From contig JAJZBL010000001.1 of the NCBI GenBank assembly GCA_021798935.1, forward strand, positions 129,292 to 193,291: 64,000 nucleotides of DNA, given 5' to 3'. Origin of the DNA: Candidatus Micrarchaeota archaeon (lineage in GTDB: Archaea; Micrarchaeota; Micrarchaeia; Micrarchaeales; Micrarchaeaceae). Positions 8,681-18,160 of this stretch are shown here, one piece after another (positions within the stretch are counted from its first letter, which is position 1; every line of letters begins with the position of its first letter). Both the position numbers and the translations under genes were made by a program. Under the pieces are notes generated by a model. That model was not told the origin of the DNA. It did no database searches and saw only the letters and a program-made list of their open reading frames with translations.

Positions 8681-9946
8681 ATGGCAGAAGAACTTAATCC
8701 TTTTAAGATAGCACAGGAACAGCTTGACCAAGCTGCAAAGATAATGAACCTTGATGAAAACGCACATCAGATACTCAGAGAACCTTTCGAGATAATAACC
8801 GTGCATATACCTGTAAGGATGCATGATGGATCCATAAAGCTTTTTAAAGGCTTCAGGGTACACCATAACAATGCTAGAGGACCAATGAAGGGGGGAATTA
8901 GATTTTATCCTACTGAAACAGTCGATGAAGTAAAAGCCCTTTCTGAATGGATGACTTGGAAATGTGCGCTGGCAAATTTGCCTTTTGGTGGAGCAAAAGG
9001 AGGCATAATATGCAATCCAAAAGAGCTGACTGCAAGTGAATTGGAGCAGCTTTCCAGAGGTTATATAAGGGCCATAAGAGCATTTGTAAGCCCCACCATA
9101 GATATTCCAGCCCCTGATGTCTATACAACACCGCAGATAATGGCTTGGATGATGGACGAATATAGCAAGCTTGTAGGGCACAACGAATTTGGCATGATAA
9201 CAGGAAAGCCTTTGGAAGTGTGGGGATCTGAAGGCAGAAACGATTCTACAGCAATGGGTGCCATGTTTGTGCTTAGAGAGGCAGCAAAGAAGCTCAATAT
9301 TGACCTTAAAACTGCAAAGATTGCAGTCCAGGGATTCGGAAATGCTGGTATGTTCGCATACACCCTTTCAAAGAAGCTATTCGGAGCAAAAGTGGTAGCA
9401 ATAAGTGATTCAAAAGGTGCTGTTTACGATGAAAATGGTCTCGATTTAGAAAAGCTTGAGAAGGCAAAGAAGGAAACAGGATCAGTACAAGGGTATGAAG
9501 GTGGAAAGAAGCTCACCAATGAAGAGCTGCTGGAAAGCGATGTAGATATATTAATACCTGCTGCAATAGAGAATCAGATAAATGCAGAAAATGCAGGAAG
9601 GATAAAGGCAAAATTGGTATTGGAATTAGCAAATGGGCCTGTTACTCCAGATGCAGACAAGATCCTCTTTGAAAAAGGGATATTAGATCTCCCTGATTTC
9701 CTGGTAAATAGCGGTGGTGTAATAGGATCATACTTTGAATGGGTACAGAATAATGAAGGATATTACTGGACAGTTGATGAGGTTTACTCAAAACTTGATA
9801 CAATAATAACAAAATCCTTTTATGATGTGATGAAAGTGCAGGAGGATTACCTTTCAAAGGGAACAAAGATAACACCAAGGAATGCAGCTTACATAATAGC
9901 TGTTGAAAGAGTTGCAAAAGCAATGAAGACCAGAGGATGGTATTAA
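8681..9946 (+). CDS. gdhA: Glutamate dehydrogenase (NAD(P)-dependent)
   Basis: GPMKGGIRF, LPFGGAKGG, DIPAPDV, QGFGNAG, ELANGP, VNSGGV..SYFEWVQN. Confidence 0.97.
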   Translation: MAEELNPFKIAQEQLDQAAKIMNLDENAHQILREPFEIITVHIPVRMHDGSIKLFKGFRVHHNNARGPMKGGIRFYPTETVDEVKALSEWMTWKCALANLPFGGAKGGIICNPKELTASELEQLSRGYIRAIRAFVSPTIDIPAPDVYTTPQIMAWMMDEYSKLVGHNEFGMITGKPLEVWGSEGRNDSTAMGAMFVLREAAKKLNIDLKTAKIAVQGFGNAGMFAYTLSKKLFGAKVVAISDSKGAVYDENGLDLEKLEKAKKETGSVQGYEGGKKLTNEELLESDVDILIPAAIENQINAENAGRIKAKLVLELANGPVTPDADKILFEKGILDLPDFLVNSGGVIGSYFEWVQNNEGYYWTVDEVYSKLDTIITKSFYDVMKVQEDYLSKGTKITPRNAAYIIAVERVAKAMKTRGWY

Positions 9947-10782
9947 TGGCAGAATCAAACCCAAATACTGCACTGCCCAATGCAAAAATAGCTATAATTG
10001 GGGGCTCTGGATTATACTCACTTTTCGAAGAGGGAGCACAGGAAGTTGAAATCCAGACGAAGTACGGAAGCCCAAGCGACAAGATCTCAGTAGGCAAGAT
10101 AAATGGCAAGGAGGTAGCATTTTTGCCAAGGCACGGCATAAAACATACAATACCTCCGCACAAGATAAATTATAAAGCTAACATAGAAGCATTGGCACAG
10201 CTTGGTGTTGAGAGGATTATATCTACAACAGCAGTTGGGTCGCTAAGCGCTGATATAGATCCAGGAATGTTCGTATTCCCAGACCAGTTCATAAATTTCA
10301 CACATCGTTCCGAGGAAACTTTCTTTGATGGGCCAGAGGTAGCCCATATAAGTACTGCAGATCCTTACTGTGATGAGATACGTTCGGTTGCAATAGACGA
10401 TTCAGATACCATTAATATAAATTATTTAGATAGAGCTACCTTAGTGACCATAAACGGCCCAAGGTTTTCAACTAAATCAGAATCAAAGATGTTCAGGTCC
10501 TTAGGTGGAGATATAATCAATATGACACAGTATCCCGAAATAACATTAGCAAGGGAAAAAGCGATGTGCTACTTTTCGATTGCGATAGTTACCGATTATG
10601 ATTCTGGATTGGAAGGGAGAGAAGATATAAGCCCAGTGACTACAGATGATGTAAACAAAAAGTTTGCAGAGAGCATAAAGAATCTCAGGCTGCTCCTAAA
10701 CTCGCTTGCAAAAGATATACCAGAAAAAAGAAGCTGCACCTGCTCGCATGTTCTAGACAATGCATTCATGACTAAGATGTGA
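9946..10782 (+). CDS. mtnP: 5'-methylthioadenosine / purine nucleoside phosphorylase
   Basis: IAIIGGSG, FLPRHG..H..PPH.INYKANI, TINGPRFST..ES, INMT, VTDYD. Confidence 0.92.
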   Translation: MAESNPNTALPNAKIAIIGGSGLYSLFEEGAQEVEIQTKYGSPSDKISVGKINGKEVAFLPRHGIKHTIPPHKINYKANIEALAQLGVERIISTTAVGSLSADIDPGMFVFPDQFINFTHRSEETFFDGPEVAHISTADPYCDEIRSVAIDDSDTININYLDRATLVTINGPRFSTKSESKMFRSLGGDIINMTQYPEITLAREKAMCYFSIAIVTDYDSGLEGREDISPVTTDDVNKKFAESIKNLRLLLNSLAKDIPEKRSCTCSHVLDNAFMTKM

Positions 10783-10798
10783 TATTTAATTTATCTTA

Positions 10799-11857
10799 TT
10801 ACCTATCGAAGTAGTTGTAATTGTCTACCCATCCACCATTGAAGCTTCCACTATAGAATTTTCCACCTGCTGTATTTCCTGAATAATCATTTTCATTGCC
10901 GTTTAAAGGTATCCAAGATACGAGATTGATCAAGTCTATAGGCGCACCTGCTATATTCTCATTGTACATCTGAGATATTACCGCATAGCTCAATGAAGCA
11001 TTATATATCTGTACATTTGAAATCGATCCATTGAACCAGAACCTTCCGGACATCAAAGGGGAGTCCATATTTCCTATAGAAATATAATTAGTCGGAAGCT
11101 TGGTATAACCTGGCGCGTAACTTTTATTGACTAGTTTGCCATCTATGTAGAGGTCCAAATAAGTGCCATTGTAGGTTTCAGCAACAAAGTACCAAGCCTT
11201 ATAATGCCCAAAAGGATAATTTGCATAAGCCCATTGTGCACCACCATAAGTTTTATTGTAGACACAGGCAGCAGCCTTAAAGTAATCAGGTTTTCCCGAA
11301 CTGCTTGGGTAACCAGGGAAAGGTGAATTATATAGGTTTATCGAAGCAGGATATGCAGGAGCTGCTAAAAGTATAGTTCCATTGTCTTCAGGCCCATACG
11401 TGCTAGAGCATACATCATCTCCTATCGATAAAGGCATCTGTTCTCCTTCTGAAGATGGACCATTTACATAGATCCATGCACTTACTGAAAATTTGCCGGT
11501 ATTCATATACCCAAGGGTAGAAAGGGATGCACTTACATTGCTAGTCTTTCCGTTAAAACCCCCGACAAATTTAGGCAACAGGTAGCCACATTCGCCAACA
11601 AGAGATAATCCAGAATCTTGACCAGGGCCATAAGGCCTCTCAACATAGCAGCCACCTGGCTGAAGCCTTGGTTCAAAAGTAAGAGGATTGAATATCCCCA
11701 ATGTATATAATGCCGCTAATATTATTGCTATGACGAGGATAGCCCATCCATATGTCATCAGATACTCCATAGCACTTTGTGATCTATAATCAGAAGGCAA
11801 TCTTATTAAAAAGTTTTTTTCAGAACCTCTATCTGATTTAGATTTTAACCAGTCCAC
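10799..11857 (-). CDS. Surface protein with class III (pilin-type) signal peptide and LamG/ConA-like domain
   Basis: RSQSAMEYLMTYGWAILVIAIILAAL prepilin-like N-terminus. FSVSAWIY...WYFVAETYNG..L.LYIDG...FNGSISNVQIYN..LS is a LamG signature. Confidence 0.85.
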   Translation of the reverse strand: MDWLKSKSDRGSEKNFLIRLPSDYRSQSAMEYLMTYGWAILVIAIILAALYTLGIFNPLTFEPRLQPGGCYVERPYGPGQDSGLSLVGECGYLLPKFVGGFNGKTSNVSASLSTLGYMNTGKFSVSAWIYVNGPSSEGEQMPLSIGDDVCSSTYGPEDNGTILLAAPAYPASINLYNSPFPGYPSSSGKPDYFKAAACVYNKTYGGAQWAYANYPFGHYKAWYFVAETYNGTYLDLYIDGKLVNKSYAPGYTKLPTNYISIGNMDSPLMSGRFWFNGSISNVQIYNASLSYAVISQMYNENIAGAPIDLINLVSWIPLNGNENDYSGNTAGGKFYSGSFNGGWVDNYNYFDR

Positions 11858-11974
11858 CTATCCACCATTGATAATTATTGTAGTTTAATATATTTAATCG
11901 TTAAGTTTAAATTTGGAGATTCTTTAAATCCCTAAAACTTGGAAAGCAATAAATAAAGGGATATAAAAGATATA

Positions 11975-12229
11975 TTGAGAATAGATAACATGAATGTGGA
12001 TGACAAGCTGTATTTTATCAACAAATTACTTAGGGATAACAAGTTCCATGTAACTGGGTTTCTGCTTACCAAAGATTACATTTTCATAAAATCCTATAAG
12101 TTCAGGACAAACTATTATTTTATCATACCGCGTTTGGCGGCTCCCTCATCACTAGACTCTTTAGATAAGCTGATGCGCTATAATACAATAAATTCCAACA
12201 GAGTTCCGATAAGCTTTATAGATATCTGA
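11975..12229 (+). CDS. Small hypothetical protein
   Basis: 84-aa ORF filling the gap between two features; no recognisable motif. Confidence 0.35.
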   Translation: MRIDNMNVDDKLYFINKLLRDNKFHVTGFLLTKDYIFIKSYKFRTNYYFIIPRLAAPSSLDSLDKLMRYNTINSNRVPISFIDI

Positions 12230-12258
12230 AAGCAAGAGAACTTCTTATAATAATACTG

Positions 12259-12359
12259 CGCCGGAGGCGAGAATCGAACTCGCGAAGGCTTTACAGCCAA
12301 ACAGCTTAGCAGGCTGCCGCCCTTTAGTGCCTTTTAAAGTACCACTAGGCTACCCCGGC
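12259..12359 (-). tRNA. tRNA-Ser(GCT) with 17-nt D-loop intron (20/21)
   Basis: GCCGGGG/CTCCGGC acceptor, GCAGC-CT-GCT-AA-GCTGT anticodon arm, long variable arm, GCGAG-TTCGATT-CTCGC T arm. The insert ACTTTAAAAGGCACTAA (12340-12324) forms a bulge-helix-bulge (AGTG/CACT). No CCA encoded. Confidence 0.93.
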
Positions 12360-12496
12360 ATTATATTGCATAGCACAGATTTACAGTAAAGCTTGACTAA
12401 ATAAACAACTGTATTATAGATACCCAGTAAATAAACTTTATCCTATATAACTATAAATACCTTTAGTTTAAAAGCACAGATGCAAAAAATCTTAAA

Positions 12497-12785
12497 TGGC
12501 AGAAGTCGGCTAAGCACATAAGAGAATTAAAAGGTGCTATGCAAATCCACTCAGTCCTGTATCCTAAAAGCATAACCTAATTGCACGCAGTTTAATAATC
12601 TGCTATATGCTTAAGGTTGCTCCTTCCGGCCTGGCCTGATTCACATACCAAGTTATCGTCTAGGGCAGAGCCTCAACGCTTCTTTGCATTCCTTTTTAAT
12701 TCCCTTATATACCTAACCGGCATGTAAGCTCGCCTTTGAAGGGATTTGCGGACAGAGAACCCTTAGCTCCCCAGCCTATCTGCCA
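12497..12785 (-). ncRNA. ffs: Signal recognition particle RNA (7S)
   Basis: The minus strand carries the helix-8 motif CAGGCCAGGCCGGAAGGAGCAACC (about 12616-12640). The ends pair (TGGCAGA/TCTGCCA) and the length is about 290 nt. Ends are approximate. Confidence 0.85.
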
Positions 12786-12948
12786 CAGATATAAGGTACA
12801 TACAATAATTTAACTTTTTTGATAATTAACACCTAACCATGGTCTGAACTTTAACAAATACAGCAAACATACGGCTGATATAGAAATATATATATAATTA
12901 GAACAATAATTAGTAAAGAGAGCATAAAGCTAATCTATAGGTGTTTAA

Positions 12949-13365
12949 TTGGAAAATAAAGAATATACAGAACTGTTACACAATGCTTTCTCGAAATTGC
13001 CCAACTTAGAAGAAGAGCACCAAGATTTTGTCATACCTAAAGTAGACTCTATAATACAAGGAAACAAAACAATTATCAGAAACATCAGTGCAATAGCAGA
13101 TAAAGCAAGGAGAAGCAAAGAGGAAATATCTAAGTACTTTGAGAAGGAATTAGGAGTTCCAACATCGTTGGAGGACCAAAGGCTGGTCGTCACTGGAAAA
13201 TTCAGAGAGGAAGATCTGAATAAAAAACTGGAAAGATACTTCAATGTATATGTAATATGCAGAGAATGCCATAAACCAGATACCCATTTGGAGAACGCTG
13301 GAAACGGCATGTATTATCTGGTATGTGAAGCATGTGGTGCCAGGTATAGCCTGAAGAGCTACTAA
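12949..13365 (+). CDS. eif2b: Translation initiation factor aIF-2 beta
   Basis: F.IPKV...IQGNKTIIRN...IA...R; C-terminal YVICREC.KPDT.L...CEACGA Zn ribbon; TTG start after an AGGTG SD-like motif. Confidence 0.95.
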   Translation: MENKEYTELLHNAFSKLPNLEEEHQDFVIPKVDSIIQGNKTIIRNISAIADKARRSKEEISKYFEKELGVPTSLEDQRLVVTGKFREEDLNKKLERYFNVYVICRECHKPDTHLENAGNGMYYLVCEACGARYSLKSY

Positions 13366-13379
13366 AAAGGTGTATAATC

Positions 13380-13679
13380 ATGTATGATAGAAAAAGCAAT
13401 CCAAATTCCCCTCCCCCTCAGTTAAGAATCCCAAAAGGCTCTGAGATAGTGGGAAAAGTTGCAAAAGTAGTAGGGGCTTCAAAGTTTGTGGTAAATTGTG
13501 CTGATGGCAAAGAGCGCCTTTGCGATATACCTGGAAGGTTTAGAAGGAAATTTTGGATAAAAGAAGGAGATACCATTTTGGTACAACCGTGGTCCGTCCA
13601 GAGTGACAAAAGAGGAGATATAATATGGAAATACAGCATAATGGATGTAGAAAAATTGCATTCCAAAAATTATATCTGA
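13380..13679 (+). CDS. eif1a: Translation initiation factor aIF-1A
   Basis: G.V.K..GASKF.V.C.DGKERLC.IPGRFRRKFWI.EGD.ILV.PW..Q..RGDIIWKY. Confidence 0.95.
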   Translation: MYDRKSNPNSPPPQLRIPKGSEIVGKVAKVVGASKFVVNCADGKERLCDIPGRFRRKFWIKEGDTILVQPWSVQSDKRGDIIWKYSIMDVEKLHSKNYI

Positions 13680-13798
13680 ACAATATAAATGGTATATAAG
13701 TTGAATATTTTAGGTTTTGTTTTTATTTTAAGGAAACAGTTTTAATAAGATAATCTAAATTTAAATATTAAAATTTTAAATTTAAATAAGGGGGGAAT

Positions 13799-15034
13799 AT
13801 GCAAACATTAAATGATCTATTGTCTGAATCTAAAATCTTCCTGAACAGGGAGGTGCTTTCTCCGCATTACATACCAAAAAAACTCATATTTAGGGAGAAA
13901 GAGATAAATGATATAGAAAAAGCCATATCTCCTTCACTGAAAGGCGAAAAAGGAAGAAATCTTTTTATATATGGCAAGACAGGAACGGGAAAAACAACAT
14001 GCACTAAATATGTGATAAATGAGATAAGTGCACTTCCAAACATAAAAGCTAAGATATCGTATATAAACTGCAGAATATACAATTCAAGATATAGGGTATT
14101 GAATAAGATAGTTAGTGACCATCTTCCAAATTATGCAAAGAGGGGTTTTGGTACTGTTGACCTATATGAAAAGCTTATAAATTGGATGGAGGAGGATGCA
14201 AAGGTCCTAGTAGTTGCCTTGGATGAAATAGACATGGTAAAGGACCTTGATGATCTGATATATACGCTCACACGCATAAATAGCGATATAAGATTTGGAG
14301 GTGTGAGTTTAATAGGGATATCAAACAATGTTTCATTCAAGGATGGTCTTGATCCACGCAGCTTGTCAGCCCTTTATGAATCAGAACTTGTATTCCCATC
14401 ATATTATGCAAATGAACTTTATGCAATAATAAAAGACAGAGTGGCAGAGGGTTTTAGGGAAAATGCAATATCTGATGAAGTACTGCATTATATAGCTGCC
14501 GCTGCGGCTAAGGAAGGCGGTGATGCAAGGTTCTCATTGAATGTCTTGTCAGAGGCAGGAGAATATGCAGAGTTCAACAATGAAGATTCTGTAAAGATGG
14601 CAGATGCCGAAAAAGCAATACAGAAGGCAGGAGAGGATGCGGTTTATGAATTAATCTCAACATTGCCCGATGATCAAAAACTTGTCCTATATTCTATAGT
14701 CCTTATAGCAGAGAGCGGCGGATCATACAAAAAGCTTAGCGATGGAATAGATACCTACATATTTAGCGGCGAAATTTATAACAGGTATAAATCATTAGCT
14801 GAGGGTCTTCATAAAACCTTCAAGAGCGAGAGATGGTATCGCAATTATATATCAGAACTGGAGACTTATGGACTCATATCTTCATTTGAATCAGGTAAAG
14901 GTATAAGGGGCCACACCAAACTTATAAAGCTCCTATATCCTTCAAAGAAAATAAAGAAAGTATTAGAATACGATTTGTTCAGTGTTTCAGAACCAAAAAA
15001 TCCTGGCGAAGATGAGAGTGCAGATGAAAGATAA
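13799..15034 (+). CDS. cdc6: Cdc6/Orc1 replication initiator
   Basis: LSPHYIP...FRE.E, Walker A GKTGTGKT, Walker B LDEID, GDAR, C-terminal winged helix. Confidence 0.96.
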   Translation: MQTLNDLLSESKIFLNREVLSPHYIPKKLIFREKEINDIEKAISPSLKGEKGRNLFIYGKTGTGKTTCTKYVINEISALPNIKAKISYINCRIYNSRYRVLNKIVSDHLPNYAKRGFGTVDLYEKLINWMEEDAKVLVVALDEIDMVKDLDDLIYTLTRINSDIRFGGVSLIGISNNVSFKDGLDPRSLSALYESELVFPSYYANELYAIIKDRVAEGFRENAISDEVLHYIAAAAAKEGGDARFSLNVLSEAGEYAEFNNEDSVKMADAEKAIQKAGEDAVYELISTLPDDQKLVLYSIVLIAESGGSYKKLSDGIDTYIFSGEIYNRYKSLAEGLHKTFKSERWYRNYISELETYGLISSFESGKGIRGHTKLIKLLYPSKKIKKVLEYDLFSVSEPKNPGEDESADER

Positions 15035-15566
15035 TACTGGTGTTCTATTGTATTATGACTTAGCAAATTTTGATTATACTCTCTTAGGGATATCACCAAA
15101 CGATTTAGGATTTTCCCAGATATTTAGGGCCGGAGTTGACATAAAAGTGCTAGATGCTGCCTCTAATAATGAGGATTATAGTGGATCTGTAGTTTACAAT
15201 TCTAATACGAGCAAATTGATGTCAAGGATGAGAGAGGGTGCCAAGGGTGTACTTCTAACGGACTATGTATTAGACAAGAAATTTATACAGTTTCTATCTC
15301 AAAATAAAAATTTCCTGCTACTTCCAATAAACAAGCTAATTTCCGATTCTGGTTTTTCACGGCAAAGGGATTTGCTGTTCATGCGCAAGCTGATCAGGTA
15401 CCTTGAATCAAGCAGAGTAGAATTCTCAATAATAACGTTTACAGATGATCCTGCACATCAATATTCCAGAATGCAGCTTTTGTATATATCGCAGCTTGTT
15501 TTTGCGAATCCTGAACACGCAAAAGCACATGTAACCAATTTAAAAAGCATTATAGGGGATGAATAG
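15024..15566 (+). CDS. rnp3: Putative RNase P protein Rpp30, divergent
   Basis: Mainly synteny: it precedes Pop5 and psmA as in the conserved archaeal superoperon. Size and the C-terminal ITFTDDP.H..SR.QL segment are compatible. Start uncertain. Confidence 0.5.
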   Translation: MKDNTGVLLYYDLANFDYTLLGISPNDLGFSQIFRAGVDIKVLDAASNNEDYSGSVVYNSNTSKLMSRMREGAKGVLLTDYVLDKKFIQFLSQNKNFLLLPINKLISDSGFSRQRDLLFMRKLIRYLESSRVEFSIITFTDDPAHQYSRMQLLYISQLVFANPEHAKAHVTNLKSIIGDE

Positions 15567-15569
15567 GGT

Positions 15570-15935
15570 ATGAGAGAAAAGCACAGGTATATACTTGTAA
15601 GGTCTTCTGAAAGCATAAAGGCATTGCTTGGAAGTGGATATACCGCTGATACAGGCAAAGAATTTTCTAAATTGATAAACAGGTACATGCTATTCGAATT
15701 AGGTGATGTGCATTACTCTGATTCCAATCCACAAGTTGCAGCTATACTCGATGATAAAACATTCATATTGAAGGTTTTGCTCAAAGGATTCAAAGATAGT
15801 GTTGTAGGATTAGCATTCATAAACAAAGTAAACAACATTCCCATTTCATTTATTACCCTTAAAAGCTCCGGAACGATAAAATCTATAAAAGAGTACTACA
15901 AATCAAGGTTTGCAGAGTTGCCAGCACAAAACTAA
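15570..15935 (+). CDS. rnp2: RNase P protein Pop5/Rpp14
   Basis: MREKHRYIL N-terminus and TLKSSGTIKSIK C-terminus. Confidence 0.85.
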   Translation: MREKHRYILVRSSESIKALLGSGYTADTGKEFSKLINRYMLFELGDVHYSDSNPQVAAILDDKTFILKVLLKGFKDSVVGLAFINKVNNIPISFITLKSSGTIKSIKEYYKSRFAELPAQN

Positions 15936-16134
15936 GTATCTTCAGAATTACTAAAAGACGCAAAATTACCTATAGGTGAAATAAGGTTTGAATACCTTTT
16001 TATATTTTTATATACATATACTTCCATTGATTTTAAATTAATACAGACTTTACACAAAGGCTGCAATAGTTTTATGCGGTTCTTTGCAATCTCTGATTTG
16101 AAATCTAAAATCGGTATTTTATTTAGGTGAAAAG

Positions 16135-16830
16135 ATGTATCCAAACATACAAGCGTACGATAGGGGGGTTATGTTCAGTCCAGATGGAAGGCTTTTTCAG
16201 GTTGAATATGCTAAGGAGGCAGTAAAGAAAGGATCGACTGCTCTTGGAATAGTGGCTGATGAAAGTGTTGTAATAGCAGCACACAGGAATATCAACGAGT
16301 CATTAGTAGTGCCAGAGACACTGCAGAAGATATTTAAAATTGATCCCTACATATGTGCCACATATAGCGGAATGATATCAGATGGATTGCATTTGGTAAG
16401 CATGATGAGAGAAAAGACACAGAGCCATAGGATGATATATGATGAAACCGAGCCTGTCGAGACATTGGCAAGGGAAATGGCAGAAGAGATGCTTACTGCT
16501 ACTGAATATGGTGGATTAAGGCCATTTGCAGTTTCAACTCTAGTTGGAGGTGTCGATACAAAGCCTCGCCTGTTTGAGGTAGATCCTGCAGGAGCTTTGG
16601 CAGGATATAAAGCTGATGCAATAGGATCAGGCAAGAAAACTGCAACAGAAATCTTATCCAAAGAATATAAGGATGGGATGGCTTTAGATGAAGCAATAAA
16701 GCTGGCAATATCTATAATTAAAAAGATAAATGAGAATAAGTTAGATTCAAACAACCTAGAAATATCCACAATTTCAAAAGGCAAAGGCTATAGATTTTTT
16801 GACCAAAAGACTATAGAATCTTACTTTTGA
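16135..16830 (+). CDS. psmA: Proteasome subunit alpha
   Basis: YDRGVMFSPDGRLFQVEYAKEAVKKG, RPF.VS.LVGG. Confidence 0.97.
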   Translation: MYPNIQAYDRGVMFSPDGRLFQVEYAKEAVKKGSTALGIVADESVVIAAHRNINESLVVPETLQKIFKIDPYICATYSGMISDGLHLVSMMREKTQSHRMIYDETEPVETLAREMAEEMLTATEYGGLRPFAVSTLVGGVDTKPRLFEVDPAGALAGYKADAIGSGKKTATEILSKEYKDGMALDEAIKLAISIIKKINENKLDSNNLEISTISKGKGYRFFDQKTIESYF

Positions 16831-16846
16831 TCTTTAAGTGACTTCG

Positions 16847-17533
16847 ATGGAATCAAAAATAGTCATAGCAAAATATGGCGTAGGAAAAGATGAATTTGAA
16901 ATATTGGTAGATGCAGACTTGGCCTACCAATATATAACAAATAAAATAAAAGATCCTATAACAGTGCTTGATACTGAAGAAATTTTCAAAGATGCAAGGA
17001 AGGGCGAAAGGCAAAGTGAAGAGAAGCTCAAAAAAGCATTCGGCACTACAGAATTGCCTATAATAGTAGATAGGATATTGAGAAAGGGCAATGTTCCTAT
17101 AACAACAGAGCAGAAGAACAAGCTCCTTGAAGACAAGAGAAAGCAGATAATAACTATAATAGCAAGGAATGCCATAGATCCAAGGACAAATGCCCCAACC
17201 CCTGCACTTAGAGTAGAAAATGCGATGAACGAAGCGAAAGTTTCAATAGATCCATTTAAAAGTGCAAGCGAGCAAATCGAAGATGTGATAAAAAAAATAA
17301 ATATGATTTTACCTATAAAATTTGCGGTTGCAAAGATAGAAGTTTCAATACCTCCCGAATATGCGAATAGGTGCTATGGAGTTCTGAAGGAATATGGAAT
17401 AAAATCACAGCAATGGCTGAAAGATGGCAGTTTACAAGCGACAGTTGAATTTCCCGCAGGAATGCAATCTGAATTTTTTGATAAAATTAATAAACTCACA
17501 CAGGGCAAAGCTATTACAAAGATTCTAACGTGA
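16847..17533 (+). CDS. sdo1: Ribosome maturation factor SBDS/SDO1
   Basis: FEILVD, IFKDARKG, TTEQK, IDPRT..P.P..R.ENAM.EAKV.IDPFK. Confidence 0.95.
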   Translation: MESKIVIAKYGVGKDEFEILVDADLAYQYITNKIKDPITVLDTEEIFKDARKGERQSEEKLKKAFGTTELPIIVDRILRKGNVPITTEQKNKLLEDKRKQIITIIARNAIDPRTNAPTPALRVENAMNEAKVSIDPFKSASEQIEDVIKKINMILPIKFAVAKIEVSIPPEYANRCYGVLKEYGIKSQQWLKDGSLQATVEFPAGMQSEFFDKINKLTQGKAITKILT

Positions 17534-17537
17534 TTTA

Positions 17538-18149
17538 ATGAGAAAGTTTGTTTTTCCAGGCGAAATGATACTTAATTCGCCAACAGGATTAAGTTATTCA
17601 TATATAGAGAATGATAAGACTTATTCAAAGGTTTTTGGGCTTTTTGATGAATCATCAAAGTCCTTAATACCACTCAAATCTGTTTGGGTTCCACATATTG
17701 ATGATAGGGTTATCGGTACAATCAGTGAAATTGGAAGAAATGGGTCTTATAGTGTAGAAATAAATCCTATGGTTAAAGGTGTATTGCTTACAGATAGAAG
17801 GGAAAGACAGAAATTTTATGTTGGCGATGTAATAGAAGCTACAGTAAAAGAAATAGAGCACAAAACAACAGCCATTTTGGAAAGGCCTATGCTTCTAAAG
17901 GATGGAATACTTATGCATATAAATACAGCGAAGATACCTAGGCTTATGGGCAAAGAGAACACTATGATAAATGAATTAACCACTTTTACCAAGACAAAGA
18001 TAGCAGTAGGGAAGAATGGTTATGTATGGATAAAAGGAGACAATGCCAAGAGAGCAATAGAAGCGGTGCTCAGGATTGAGTCAGAAGCACACGTGCCCGG
18101 ATTGACAGATAGAATAAAAGAAATGCTAGAGAACGAAGGTAATAAATAA
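17538..18149 (+). CDS. rrp4: Exosome RNA-binding subunit Rrp4
   Basis: VFPGE, S1 domain, KH with KIPRLMGK..TMI, GKNGYVWI, EAHVPGLTDRI. Confidence 0.92.
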   Translation: MRKFVFPGEMILNSPTGLSYSYIENDKTYSKVFGLFDESSKSLIPLKSVWVPHIDDRVIGTISEIGRNGSYSVEINPMVKGVLLTDRRERQKFYVGDVIEATVKEIEHKTTAILERPMLLKDGILMHINTAKIPRLMGKENTMINELTTFTKTKIAVGKNGYVWIKGDNAKRAIEAVLRIESEAHVPGLTDRIKEMLENEGNK

Positions 18150-18160
18150 AAGGTGATAAT

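Noticed and set aside
15932-16144. 70-aa minus-strand ORF with IAKNRIKLL and CKVC, faintly like RNase P Rpp21
   Set aside because: It is antisense within a plus-strand operon, overlaps psmA, and lacks the second Cys pair and the Rpp21 spacing.
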